63,945 nt of DNA, filler included, from Kipferlia bialata (GCA_003568945.1; 5 parts of 5 records of this genome joined end to end with filler, not necessarily neighbours in it); one strand, 5' to 3'; positions 1 through 13,472 are shown, numbered from the whole stretch's first letter. The notes: generated by a model not told the origin, from the letters alone. Program-made: numbers and translations.

Positions 1-138
1 TAGGTTTTTGAGTGGACGCCGGGTAGGGGTCCAGAGGTGGGTGTTCATACGCGAGTGATTATTCACTATTTATACCCGAATCTAGAATACTAGATTCAGT
101 GTTTAGGAACTACAACAGCTTATGTACCATTTGGCCAT

Positions 139-3100
139 TTACTCCCCAAATGTGTAAGTCGGCGTGACGGTACAGTGTTCTCTTAGAGCCTCTTGGTCTG
201 AAGAGTCAGAAGCGAGAAGGAGAGGGTGTAGAGATACCTAACAAATAGAAGACCACATGAGTCTGATTAATAGTAGTACTCGGCAACACAGACACAATCA
301 CAGGGCACCTAATATCGGCATCAAACCTTTCATTCCTCATCATGAGAGAGTTCACTACACAACTACTCACCTACTGTCAACAGAAAACCCTTCACAATCT
401 CCTTGCCATCGAACCGGCTCAACATCCACCAGTCCTCAGTGGTGCACAGGAGGAAGACGGTCTCTTGAGGTCAGACATAAATAAATTGTGTACAATAGTA
501 GACATAAATATAGTGTGTACAAAATTGTAAATATAGTATATACGTGACACCATTATCCATCCACCAATCCTGAGTGTCTTCAGAGTTAGACATATGAATA
601 TCTTAGGGAGAGAGAACAAAGGAAGAAAATATCGGGTGAGTCAGAGAGAGAGATTCTACTGAAGACATACTGATGACGGACTTAGTACACCAGGAATTGT
701 ATATAATTGGCTTCATGTGCACAGAATAATATATATAGAATATTCACTGGCGTCCACCCTCAATGATGCACATAATAGCAACAACACCATGGTTGTTGTT
801 AGTAAATAGATTAATATAGTTGTAGGCATAAGATTAGTACATCTATGACTCACCGGCGTCTATCCTGCAGGATGTGTAAGTGGCATATCCCTCCACCATA
901 TCTTTATCAATACACGTGTTTCCATCTGGATCTAGGTCTAGCAAGGGACGGGACCAGAGACACCTGCTGTTACACCACCACACTGATATTATAAATGAAT
1001 GCTGATGAACAGATGTTAGTATAGAGTCATATATATATTACATAGGTATGAGGGGACGGGACCATCGACACATGTGTATAACCATTTATGAGAATAGGAA
1101 TATATGTATGAATCCTCACCGTTGCAGATAGTGAATACTTGCAATACCCATATGTTGATGCACGACAGTAATCCATTTATATACTACAATGTATGTACCT
1201 AACAGTGTCATAACAGTCCACCTCTCTCTCAGTGAACCTCAAGAGTAGTCCACCTCCAATATCCTGCATTAGACAGAGAGATCAGAGTGCAACAATATAT
1301 GTATATATGTATTTGTAGAGAGAGAGAGAGAGAGAAAGAGAGGAGGATTAAGACGATGGAGTATGTCTACCATTATATGGTTACTATGTGGGTGATCCAC
1401 AGTGGATCAATACCTGTACGTGGTTCCCCACTGTGCCTTCTATGCACTTGTGGTCTATCCAGTGTCCTGCAGTTGGCATATAGCATATGTGTGTGAGGAT
1501 TAGTGAAGTGAAGTGAAACAAACGTATGTCGGAAATACATATGCCAATACAGTCTAAAGGTACCAACTTCTATGTTATCATCCGTTAGGACCTTCAGTTC
1601 CTGGTGGAACACTGATACATAAACACAATATCCAGGTATATACTGTACATAGCATATGTATATACTATATACCTACAGGACTCTCTTCGGTTGGCAATAA
1701 CAGCTCCTTGTGGAACAGTGGAGTATGCTAGAAGAGAGTATATACTATATATCTTGAGGTATATACTGAATACCTTGAGGATTGTCATTAGTTGGCAGTA
1801 TCAACTCTTTGTGGAACACTGGTGTGTAGTCTCCACCGAACTCTGACCCAAACACATGGACAGAGCTAAGGGTGAGCTCACATGTTGGAACGATTAGTAA
1901 GTATAAGACTATGTGTATAGACAGCCACTATGATCATACTGCCATGACCTCTGATCCAAACACATGGACAGAGCATAAGATTTTAGATATATTATACACA
2001 TGGACAGAGCTTAGGGTGAGTAAACACTAGTGGATCATCTTCTGCATTGGTATCACCAGATACACGTCCACTTGTCACAATAGACACCTGGTATACCCTA
2101 TACCCTGATACATGTCGTGTGAGTATAGTATATACCTTCCTACTTTCTGCCGTGCATAACCACTTGTCACAACCGGCATATAAAGAACTGTGTAATATAG
2201 TCTGTATGTATACAATGTTTGAAACTATATATATACCTCCCCACTCTCTCTGCCGTGCATGTCCACTTGTCACACTCATCCCAGTGGTTGGGGATATCAG
2301 TGGGGGCAATGGCCTGAGGTTAGCAATAATATTCATATATATATATACAAAATACATATATATGGAGGGAGAGAGACAGATACTTGCCCCACTACATGGA
2401 TCACACCTTGAATACCCTTGTCTGAGTGTCGTATATCCAACCCTGCACTGTGTCTGGTAACCTTGAATACCCTTGTCTGAGTGTCGTATATCCAACCCTG
2501 CACTGTGTCTGGTACGCACCCAAGGTCCTCTGGCTCAGGGACAGAGAGTAGTAATAACTGCAGTTAACATATAGTTGCATTATATAGATAAAGATATTGA
2601 GTGATATACATATATTCATGTACACGCATATATATACATAGGTCCTCTGGCTCAGGGACAGACAGGAGCAATAGCTGCAGTAAATATATAGTTACATTAA
2701 ATAATGATAGATATTACATGGTATACATATATTCATATATACGCATATATATACATAGGTCCTCTGGCTCAGGGACAGACAGGAGCAGTAACTACACGCT
2801 GAGTACATATGTACATATTCACAGTATATGTATATACATATATGTATACCATATATATATTATAGATTATATATATATTTGTATATGTATGGACTCTGGT
2901 ATGGTATGGTATGGTATACACTGGTATAGTATACCTGTACCATCAGGGGTGTGCATGATGGTATATATACATTTGTATAGTATACACTACTTGTACATGT
3001 ACCTCTGTCTCTGACACCCCCACCATCAGGTATGTGCATGTCAGTGCAAGTACATGTGTGTATATTACCTATATGTATATATACATATATACCTCCCTAT

Positions 3101-5425
3101 CTGACACCTGTACCATCAATGGTGTGCATGTCAGTGGGGGTGGGTCGAGGACAGAGGTGGGACAGGGCCAGGTCTGGGGGTAAGTAGTATAATGATGTGT
3201 GGAGGATATACACGCAGAGAGAGAGGGGGGTTGGGTCTAGGACAGAGGTGGGACAGGGCCAGGTCTGTGAGTAAGAAGTGGAGCAGGGAATAAAGAGACA
3301 GAGAGAGAGAGAGAGAGAGTATCAGGGTCAAGTATATTTAGTATTACATACATAACACTCACACATATATACATATATATGTGTACCTCAATGTCCCTAT
3401 CTGTCAGGTCTGTCCACTCCCTTGTGTCCAGAGATAGCTCCCACAGCATACACCTAATGTCAATATATATGTACGAAAGTAGATATATAGGGAAAGAGAG
3501 AGTGAGAGAGAAAGAGACTCTGATGTCCAGAGATAGCTCCCACAGCATACACCTAATGTCAATATATATACATACACCTATTGCGAGAGACATGAGAGAG
3601 AGACATGATAGATGTGGTCTTCATCTTGGGATAGCTCCCCCAGGATACGACACAATACGATACGATTGAGGACAAGAATACATATCAGGTATCGAGACAG
3701 AGAGAGAAAGAGAGACTATATGGCACATCTTCCATAGCAGATATATTCATAAATATGTTTGTATTTCTTAATATGTAGATAGATATAGATATAGATATAG
3801 ACAGAGAGAGTGTATCGTATCGTATCGTATCGTATCGTATGGCCCCATGCCATCTGGCTAGGGGGTCTCTCTCTCTCCATCTCTAGTTATATACATAACT
3901 TGATAGAGTGATGACAACGTACCTCTGTCTCTCCCTCTATATCTACATTGCACATATATATAGTACTTCCACCACCTTTCTATCTTACATACAAATATAA
4001 ATGAATAATTGTATACAATCCTACCTCATGACCGATGCCCCTCATCAGCCTAGGGAGTGTGCCTTCTCTCTCTCTCTCTCTCTCTCTTAATTAATATATA
4101 TTTATGTACATATCTACACTATACCTCTCCCATGCCCCCCATCTCCCTAAAGAGTGGGTGTTCCCACTGACCCAGACATAGACCTAGAGTGAGGAGATAC
4201 ACACGCAGTATATGTCTATACACACATATATATATATAGAGAGAGAGAGAGAAGGGGTGTTCCCACTGACCCAGACATAGACCTAGAGTGAGTATACATA
4301 CAGTATATCAATATGTATATTCATATAGACATAGAAAGAGATAGAGAGAGAGAGTGAGAGTGCGTGTTTCCACTGACCCAGACATAGACATATAGTGAGT
4401 GGTGCTTGTAGATAGAATGACAAATGTATGTATATATATGGAAATAGAGAGAGTAGAGGGGGCTCCCCTCCCACTAACCCAGGCTTAGACCTAGAGTGAT
4501 TCTGTTGCATAGAGAGAGAGAGAGAGAGCTGAAGTCAACAGGCATAGATACTCTGAACGTCTTCCCCCCCCCCATGCACACTGTCTCAATGGTATATTTC
4601 CATAAGTATATATATATATATATATATATAGCATACACGTATATATATACCTTTCCTCCCATGCAAACTCCCACACTGTGTCTCATAGGTAAAACAGGAA
4701 GCGGTAGTCTTTCTGTGGCTACTGAACCACTCTAGGAGTGAGAAAACACTTGAATAGGTAGATATCATGGGAGAGAGAGGGGTGACCTTGAGATAGTAGC
4801 GCTGTACCATCCCAGTCAGTAAGTAATAGAGAAAGAGACAGGGAGGGAATGAGGGAGAGACAGGGGGGAGAGAGAGGAAGGCAGCACGAGAAATCTCATC
4901 GGTAGATACAGTGAATACATATACCTCTGTGATAGTGACTATCACCCAGTAATCTTGAGGGCCAGGGTCTTTAGAGATGACTCTCTCTTGGTTATGTTGC
5001 CCATTGGTTCTCTCCTCTTCATCTTCTGTCTCTTCCTGTCTCATTGCTACACATGATCAATACTCTGTTGCCTCCCAAGTGGACACATCTTGTATGAGAG
5101 AGAGGGGCATCTTATATGTGTAGACTCTATATTCTTTAGATATATAGAGAGGCAGTATACAGAGAGAGAGAGAACTTGTAGTGACCAAGTGATAGGGTAC
5201 AAACAGAGAGGGGGGGGGACCCTAAAACATCATATGTTCCTTGATGTTCAATGAGACAATACGTCTAACAGTACCTTGTATGTGCCCCCACTACACTGAC
5301 TGCATGGCACTAGTACACTCTAGTTCATATATATATCAATATCTACATATTTATATATATGTATATGTATATATGTACCTTGTGTATGCCCCCACTGTGA
5401 AGCCAAGGGTCTCAAGTTCGGTCAG
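139..5425 (-). CDS. Multi-exon kelch-type beta-propeller protein; 5' end not located
   Basis: Hand-spliced GT-AG exons give ...LPLPVLPMRHSVGVCMGGK|VYVWVSG...CMLWELSLDTREW...PLMVQVSDRE|LLLLSVPEPED...GWIYDTQTRVFK|AIAP...RVGS|SVHVFG... and end ...DQEALREHCTVTPTYTFGE* (stop 139-141). GGKVYVW, YDTxTxxF and LDTREW are kelch-like motifs. Confidence 0.6.
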
Positions 5426-5823
5426 CTGAAGGTAGAACTAATTATGAATATAGGATATATATATATTAAATATAGGATATATTGTATATATATATTACAT
5501 GTATATATATAGTAATATTGATGTATATATATAGTGATACTAATGACCAAGGGTCTCGAGAGGAGTGAGCTGTGGGAATAGATATGAATATAGTATGAAT
5601 AGACTTTCTATATAGAGACAATTAGTTATATACTGTTTAAGGGAGAGTGCTGTGAATCCAGGTGAGTGAATGAATAATGAAAAGCATGATGTACACACAA
5701 ATACTAATATTCAGGTGAGAGAAATAGAACCACGATATCCATAAGAACATTAAAAGTGTGATTATGGGGGTGGGGGGGAGAGAGAGAGGGCGGGGGAGGG
5801 GGGGGGGGGGGAGGGGGGGGGAG

Positions 5824-7542
5824 GAGAAAGAGAGAGAGAGGTTGACTCTGGCCTTGATAGGACCCAGCGCCCCAAGCGCAGCCGCTCCCCCATAGTTACC
5901 ATCAACCTTTCCTCGGCTGTGAGGCAGGAGAAGGGAGGGAACAGGAGGAGGGAGAGAGAGGCAGCCCGGGAGAAGGAGAGGGAGAGAGAGAGGGCCAGCG
6001 TTGTGAACCCCACCAAGCACAGGCGGCAGATGAGGGAGAGAGAGAGGCAGCGGGAGAGGCACCATGTGGCAGAGCTGGAGGCCCTGGATAGGGAGCTGCG
6101 GATAGAGCTGCAGAGCATCACGAACCTGAGGGAGGAGCCAGTAGGCAGTGTGGAGGCTGAGGTGGAGAGGGGGGTGTCTCTGAGGCAGAGCATGGCCCAG
6201 GAGAGAGAGAGAGAGGTGGTGGAGCAGGCCCCCTCGCCCAAGGCAACCAGGGTGGCTGTGACCCTGCCCTCTGCCACTGTCCCCACCCCTGTGCCCCTGG
6301 CAGCCTCTGCCTCTGCCCCAGGCGTGGTGTCTACCAATGTGGCCAGGCAGCTGAGGAGGGAGACAGGGTCCCCCCAGGTCTCCACATATGAGCTGCCCAC
6401 CTCCAATGCAGAGAGGCGGAGGAAGGGCACCCAGCTGGCCCACCACCAGGAGCCCGAGGCCGACACCGTCTCCACCTTCCACACCTCCCTGGCTGTGCTG
6501 CAGTCCCCTGACTTGGAGAGGCCGGTCTCATCCATGTACAACACACAGAGGGACCTGCTGGAGCCAGGCCAGGCCACCCCCATTGTGGCCATTGATCTAT
6601 CCACTGTGTCACTGACTGGGGCAGTGCCTGAGGGGGAGGAGATGGCAGAGGGGCAGTGCTTCGACCTGGCCGAGAGCAGCAGTGGCCACGACATGGTGGA
6701 GACTGAGACCGAGACCGAGATGGAGTACGGCACACCCACCCACGGGCCTGGGTCTGATGTAGACACTGTCTCGGTGGCAGCTCTGATGGGAGATAGTCTG
6801 CAGGTACCAGGGGGTACATCCTCTGATGTGAGGATGAGGGACAGTGCTGGTATGCCTGTGCCTGTGTCCATCCTGCAGGCCAGTCAGGACATGCAACAGA
6901 GGATGAGGGAGGAGGAGGAGAGACAGGGGAGGGAGGAGAGCGAGGAGGAGCCTGTCGATACCTACACGATGCGTGTGGTGGGCACTCCTACCGTGTCACA
7001 GGCAGATGGGCAGGAGGGCATGTGGGGGGAGAGAGAGGAGGAGGGCGAGAGAGGGTGTGAGAGCAGCATGACTGTGTCTCCTTCCCCGTCTCCCACCGCC
7101 ACAGAGACTGAGGCAGAGGCAGAGGGCGTGTACACCCACTCCCCCTTGGCCAGGAGTGACCTGGGCACATCCGCTGGCTCATCAGACCTCCTTGCCTCCA
7201 TCCACTCCATCCTCACCCCCCACCCCTCCACCCACCACCCCAAGCCCATGTCTAGGCACGGGTCCCAGGCTGCGGTGGTGTCACTGCATGCTGCTGAGTC
7301 CAATGCATGCATAGACTGGCCAGATGAGACTGACCCAGAGGCTCAGGAGTCACTCGCAAGGACACAGGTACGGGGTGGATGCATATACTCTCTCTATTAT
7401 TGTCTGTTGATGTCTCTCTGTACCGATACCGACTGACCCCCAGGTGGCTGAGGCTGAGGTTGATATGCTGCTACAGAGTGTGCTAGGGGGGTGTGACGAG
7501 AGGGAGAGGGAGAGAGAGAGAGAGGCCGAGCTGACTGCATAG
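5824..7542 (+). CDS. Hypothetical low-complexity/coiled-coil protein; 5' end runs into a G-rich tract
   Basis: 505-aa ORF (5919-7436) is open upstream to the G tract. Intron 7368-7443 (GTACGG...CTGACCCCCAG) leads to a last exon VAEAEVDMLLQ...EAELTA* (stop 7540-7542). Confidence 0.55.
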
Positions 7543-7983
7543 GCCCAGAGGATAGTTGTACTGATATCGTGATGTGTGAGTGGTTATTCGTTGGTGTGTT
7601 TTGTGTGTGTGTGTAGGGGTGCCCCTTTGCTAGGCCCATCCTAACGGTGGGACCCAGGGTGCTAATAGACTGAGAGTGGACGTTGTATGTGTTTGCTTGT
7701 ACTCATAGGTATCATTGCCCTTGATAATCGTGGGTTTCCTCCACGGATAAGAACCCTTGTACAGCACAACTTGTGGCATGAATCAGGAGGCAAGCCATTC
7801 AAGCTGCCTACGTGTAATAGTTGATCCCTGGGTCCCAAGATACTCTGGGCCATTGAAGTCAGCAACATGCATATACATTGCATAATTCTCAACAACGTTG
7901 TGTCAGAGCAATTACGAATTCTATTACGACGCAGCCGGTCAGCAGTCTCATCCAGCTTCATATCTAAATGCATATCCCCTGCC

Positions 7984-9449
7984 CTATATCCTGAACATGG
8001 CCAGCCTGAGGCCTAGACCTATGGCACTGAGCACACACTGCAGACACAGCAGCTCCACCCACAGCCTCCTCTCATGGAGGGGACCCCTGACATGCAGCCA
8101 GCAGTTGATAAGGGTGAGGTGGGACTTGACACCGACGAGGGTATCTGTCTCGGGGTCATACCTGGGGTCAGTATAGAAGGTATGAAAGTATATGTGAGTA
8201 TATAGAGTCCCATATATCACAAACCTGGGCAGCCTGTGCCTGGGACATGGGACTATGCCCACCAGCTGGGGGAAGGATATGAGGAAGTTGAGGATCTGGG
8301 GACTGAAGAAGAGGAGAAATGTCTTGGTGTAGTGGCCGAGGATGGCAGACACGACAAGGGCCATGCCTGAGTCAGAAAGTATGAGTCTACATATGTATAT
8401 TGTATATATACACTGATAGTATGTTCTAACAGCACATAGTTATATCTACCCAGGCACTGAGAGTACGGACATGAATACACATGGGATGATAGAAAAAGGA
8501 CACACATACTAACTGTACCTGCAAAGTATGTGAAGGTGTCACCCACAAAGCATCGGGACGGGTAGGCATTCCGGGCCAGAAGACCTAGGGGTTAGGGATA
8601 TGAATGTATGCATAGATAAACATGCAAATAGACATGCACTTTAATGGTGAGAATGTCAGTATCAGCAAATATGGCACATACCTATGCATAGGCAGACCAG
8701 GGGAATGAGCACCCCGATGGCTGTGAGGGGTGCCTCTATCCGGTCCCCCTCCCCCCACCCCACCACCACTGCATTGAACACTATGCACCACACAGCAGAT
8801 ACAAGGGTCTGGCCAACCTCAATGCCGTTGATGCCTGGGGTGGGAGAGGATATACATGCACATACATCAGCGATAGCAACACTACAAAGACACTGTGCCT
8901 ACCTGCGTATATGTTGACTGCGTTGCTGCTGAACAGGATGAGCATCAGGAGGTACAGGGAGTAGAGGGGCCTACCCACATCCAGGGAGTGTGTGGTGGAG
9001 AGGGAGAGAGAGGGCAGGGTCACGCTGGTGCTGCCCCCATAGGATACTAGGAGGGGGAGGGAGGCATAGACGGGCAGGATCAGCTTGTAGCGCCACCTAG
9101 GGGTCAGACAGAGCGTAGTAGATGTGTACTTAAGCCAACACCTACCTGAGGTCCAGCACATCGTCTGCAAAGCCGAGCAGTCCCATGAATGCAACAGACA
9201 TCATACCGGCCAGATAGTCACTGTGCTGGAGTGAGGGATGGCATATACAATATTTGATACGTGTGATAGAGAGAGTATGGACACCATGAGGGCCAGATAG
9301 TCACAGTGCTGGCTAGGGTGGGAGGGTATATGCTACTCCCCTCATATACACCAGCTACTCGTACCTCTGAGTTTGCGTCGAGGAAGAATGACAGCACAGA
9401 CACGATGGGGATGTATATCATGAGGACAGCTAGGCCGGCACTCTCAGGA
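7984..9449 (-). CDS. ALG7: UDP-GlcNAc:dolichyl-phosphate GlcNAc-1-phosphotransferase (ALG7/DPAGT1); N-terminus missing
   Basis: Spliced exons contain family motifs PESAG, LLGFADDVLDLRWRYKLILP..ASLPLL..YGG.T, NAVNIYAGINGIEVGQ, YPSRCFVGDTFTYFAG, ILGHYTKTFLLFF.PQILNF..S.PQL...PCPRHRLPR and HLTLIN. Confidence 0.93.
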
Positions 9450-9547
9450 CTGGGGGTGAGGGGGGGGGGGGGGGGGGGGGGACACTTATAAATAATGAGA
9501 GAGAGATAGAGAGAGAAACTGATAGAGGCGTGTATGGGATTGCGTAC

Positions 9548-12500
9548 CACTCTGGCTCCCACTTGGAGGTCCCCTTCCGGACCCTGTCCAGGTCCCGCAT
9601 GAGCTGTAGACGCATGGCAGGGGGGAACTGCTTCAGACACCCTCTCTTGCAGCAGTATGCGTCGATGGGGTAGTTGCGCATGTACTGCTCGCCCTCATCA
9701 GCCGAGCACGACGTCTCCTCATCACCCTCTCCCTGCCTCTCTCTCTCTCTCTCCCTGTCAAACTCAACCTGCAACCTAGCAATGGCGTTAGGGGGCTGGG
9801 CGGGAGGGGCGTAGGGCAAGACAGGGACAGGGAAGGGGGCCTTCCCTCCCGAGTGCCTCCTCCGGTCAGCAGCTAGCTTGGCCATCTCCTTCTTCCTGGC
9901 TGCCTCTCTCTCTCTCTCTGCCTCCTGCTCCGTGTAGACAGGGCACTCAGAGGCAACGTCCTCGATGGCCTCAGCCCTGATGTAAGATGCATTCTAATGA
10001 CAACACTGAGCATAGAGTACCACCCCACCTAGCCTTGAGCAGCTCCTCCTGGGATAGGTTGTCTAGCATGGTGCCAAAGTGTCTGTACCGGGCCATCCTC
10101 CCAGAGCACTGGGGTCAGAGACTAGGAAGCCACAACACAGACACACACATACCCACAACCATACCTCCATGCAGAGAGGCTTGGTACAGACCTCTCCCTG
10201 GTCGTCAAGCATATGGCGCAGCAACCACTGCTGGGGGTAAGAGTGATGAGAGGGGGTGAGACAATGACTGGTACAGTAAGAGAGGATGAGAATACCAGCT
10301 ACTGAGGCCCCCTACCCTCTTGTACTGGTTGACTCTGTCCAGGTGGCTGCTGTATCCGTCCTCGGGTAGACGATGGGTGCGCTTCAGTACGGTGACGTGG
10401 TAGTCTCTCATGAGACGAACCCGACCGGCAGCCCCTACCTACAGATCAGAGAGAGACGAAGGGAGAAACATAGGGAGAGAGCAAGTGGTATAGGAGAGTG
10501 GGAATGACCTTCTCCAGGCAGTGCTTGGTACACTTGGGCTTTGTCGGCTCCTTCCTCCGGTCCTTGGGCTGCAGCCACTTGTCTAGCATGGCCAGGTACT
10601 CCTGGTTGGAGAGGCAACACCCCTCGGGGTCAGACTCCTCACTCTCCTGGGACGTGCTGGTGGTCTCGCCACTCTCTCCCTCGCTCCCACTCTCAGACTC
10701 AGACTCAGACTCAGACTCAGATTCAGATTCAGACTCTGACCCTGACTCTGACTCATATGTAGAGGCAGATGTAGAGGGCGCATCCCCTGAGGAGGAGAGG
10801 GCGTCAAAGGACCCTGTCATGACCCAGCTGAGCAGGGCAGAGGGGTCACGGGCATAGGGGACAAGCTGAGGGTGGGGGGGAGAGGGAGGTGACAGATATT
10901 TCACATTGAGCACACTAGAAACACCCGAAACAGAATGATCGAAGACAGATCGGGTACCCAGTCCCGATCCCTCAACCACATTATATGCATGCCATCTGTG
11001 TCCATACCAACCCATACCTCTGCCACACTGGACGATGCATCCTCCACCACCACAGCAGTGCTGCCCATCAGCTGCTTGCACCCCTTGGCGTCTACCAGCA
11101 GGCGGGGCTGGGCCTTGTCCTACGGTGAGGGGGGAGGGACAGAGTGAGGGACAGAGTGCGGCCAGTCCTACCTCAGTCTGATAGAACCACCGGGCAATGA
11201 AGCGCCTCTTCTTGGAAGTGTTGGCCCGGTGGACGCTGGATGCTAGCAGCCCTGGGGGGTGAGAGGGGGCAGACCTATGGTTCTCGCAAGAACATACGAC
11301 AATACCATGACTCAACAGCACCAGGACCGACACCCATAACCCATATATAGCATGACACGCACCTTGCTTCCTACGGCTGGTCTGGTCTGAGATGTGGATA
11401 TCCTTGTCCAGTGCTCTGAAGGCCTTGTAAAGATCCGACAGACGCCTCCTTCGCGTGAGTCCGAGAGATAGCTCACACATATATTGTGCATAACTGGAAA
11501 GGAGTATCCCACGAAGGGAGGGTGGGAACTCATACCTAGGATAGCTGTCCAGGAATGGATGCTTGCTGAGCCAGCGCCGGACGGCCTTAGAGAGCTTGAC
11601 ATCTGTGTCCGACTCCTCACTGCCACTCTCACTCTGGGACCCACTTCCACTGTCACTTCCACTGTCACTTCCACTGTCACTGTCGGTGCCAGATGCAGTC
11701 TCACTTCCAGAGGTACTCTCACTACTGGATGCACTCTCACTGGCAGGCTTGGGGGTGGGCTGGGCGATTAGTGATGGTGGTAGGAATACTTGCCTGGGAA
11801 TGCAGACAATAGGCCAAAGAGTCTTCCCCACCTTGCGCTTGGGGTGTTGTCTCTTGACACCCACCAGCAGCCTGTTAAGCCTGGTACACCCTGCGTCGAT
11901 ACCACTGCCCCTGGTATTGGTACATGCCCACATACAGTGGAATATGCTACTACTATGACTATGAATCATAACACCACGGGCACAGTATATACATATATAT
12001 ACCTGGTTGGGGTGTGTGAGGCACGAAGAGGGGCATCCCTCTGGACATCAGAACTCTCCTCGTCCTCCTCGTCCTCCCCACTCTCGCTGTCTGGGACTCT
12101 GCGCCGTCTAGAAGTGGATGTCTGAGGGGTTAGACCAACACAAAGAGAGAGGACACCCCATACACCCACTGCTTCTACTCACCCTGCCCCTGGCTGATGC
12201 TGACACAGGTGTCTGGGGCTGACTGGGGGCACGCCTCGTGCTGGTCCTGCGGATGGGGGTGGAGGGAGCGCTACCCCCAGCCTCTATCGCCATCTCCTGG
12301 CCCACCTGACAGTGAGGAGAGAGAGAGAGACACGTACAAGTCCGACAGGGAGAGGTGGAGAGATATGGGGAGACCCAAGAGGGCTCAGTGACACAAGAAT
12401 CGTCGTGCCTTCTCAATGACCTTCAGTCCACACCCGAGGAGGCGCTTCACTGTCTTCTCACTGGTGCGTTAGTTAGTTGGAGACAGAGGGACAGACATGG

Positions 12501-13257
12501 ACAAAATGAACACATACCTCAACCGTGTCTTCCACTCGCCACTGTGACTCCTGCCCCACACCCATCTTCTGAGAAAGGCCTGGGTCAGAGGAGAGAGAGA
12601 ACTATAGACGCATACCCCCTGAGACAACCCCCCTCCCACCTCCTTGTTTGCCATCTGCTCCTTGTTGGGTCTGCCATGCACCTTGTGCCTGCCCATGTCC
12701 TGTTCGTCCAGATCCCTAGGGGGTGAGGGAGGAGAGAGGCAGAAGACACACATATAGGGTGACGAGGCCCAGCTGTGGTTGAGATACGGAGAGCTATGAA
12801 GTAGTACACCCTGAGATACTACCAACACTAGAGATATTAACATGCTACTCTGCCTCCCACCAGCAACACCCCCCACCTGAGCATTCTCTCAATGTGCCCC
12901 TCTGGGGGTGTGCCGAATGAGTCCGTGTCCCAGGACAGAGCCACCTCCTCAGAGTGGGAGAGGGAGGCACACCCAGAGGCCACGGCACAGGCCATCAGGT
13001 TGCTCTGACATCAGACATACACAGACCCACATATACCGAATTCAGCAGATGGGACGATGACACTCTTACGAGAGATGGACACATACACTGACAGGACTAT
13101 TGTCTGACTCCACTTGACAACACCACCCACCTTGGCCGTGTCACAGCACTGGTCCAACATCCTGAGGAGAGCGTCGTTGCCATCGTGGACCCTGCTGAAC
13201 TGGATCCGTAGGGATGCCGGATCCCCAGGGGCAACCCCATTCTCCTTGAGGACCATC
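9548..13257 (-). CDS. Multi-exon hypothetical protein with recurring Cys-rich/helical segments and Ser-Glu linkers
   Basis: Series of GT-AG exons: MVLKENG...DQCCDTAK|SNLMACAV..., AFLRRWVW, AVRRWLSKHPF, RRFIARWFYQ, KCTKHCLEK|VGAAGRVRLMRD, CCKRGCLKQF..MRLQLMRD. Bounded by poly-G tracts at both ends. Confidence 0.5.
10695..10755. repeat. (GACTCA)n hexamer repeat encoding (ES)n on the minus strand
   Basis: Directly visible tandem repeat inside an exon. Confidence 0.85.
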
Positions 13258-13277
13258 CTAAGAGTGAGACAAGGAAT

Positions 13278-13310
<33 letters not shown>

Positions 13311-13472
13311 GCCGTATTACGCCTAGTAACGTTATATGGCCAAACTTGCAGAGGGTGGATCACAACATCCCGTGGATTGCCGTGAACATGAGTCAATACT
13401 ATATATAGTCAATCGTGTGTTCACTCCCAAGTGCATTGACAGATGAAGAGAGACCTCCACACACACACACAC

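Noticed and set aside
3645..3840. (ATACG)n and (TATCG)n tracts in inverted orientation
   Set aside because: Short simple repeats in an intron; no evidence of a functional hairpin or MITE.
2601..5044. ORF-track proteins rich in YI/IY and LS/ER runs
   Set aside because: Translations of intronic (TA)n and (GA)n microsatellites read through exon fragments.
5766..5823. Poly-G/C tracts as functional G-quadruplex elements
   Set aside because: They coincide with intron pyrimidine tracts, gaps, contig ends and broken genes, so their lengths and joins are unreliable.
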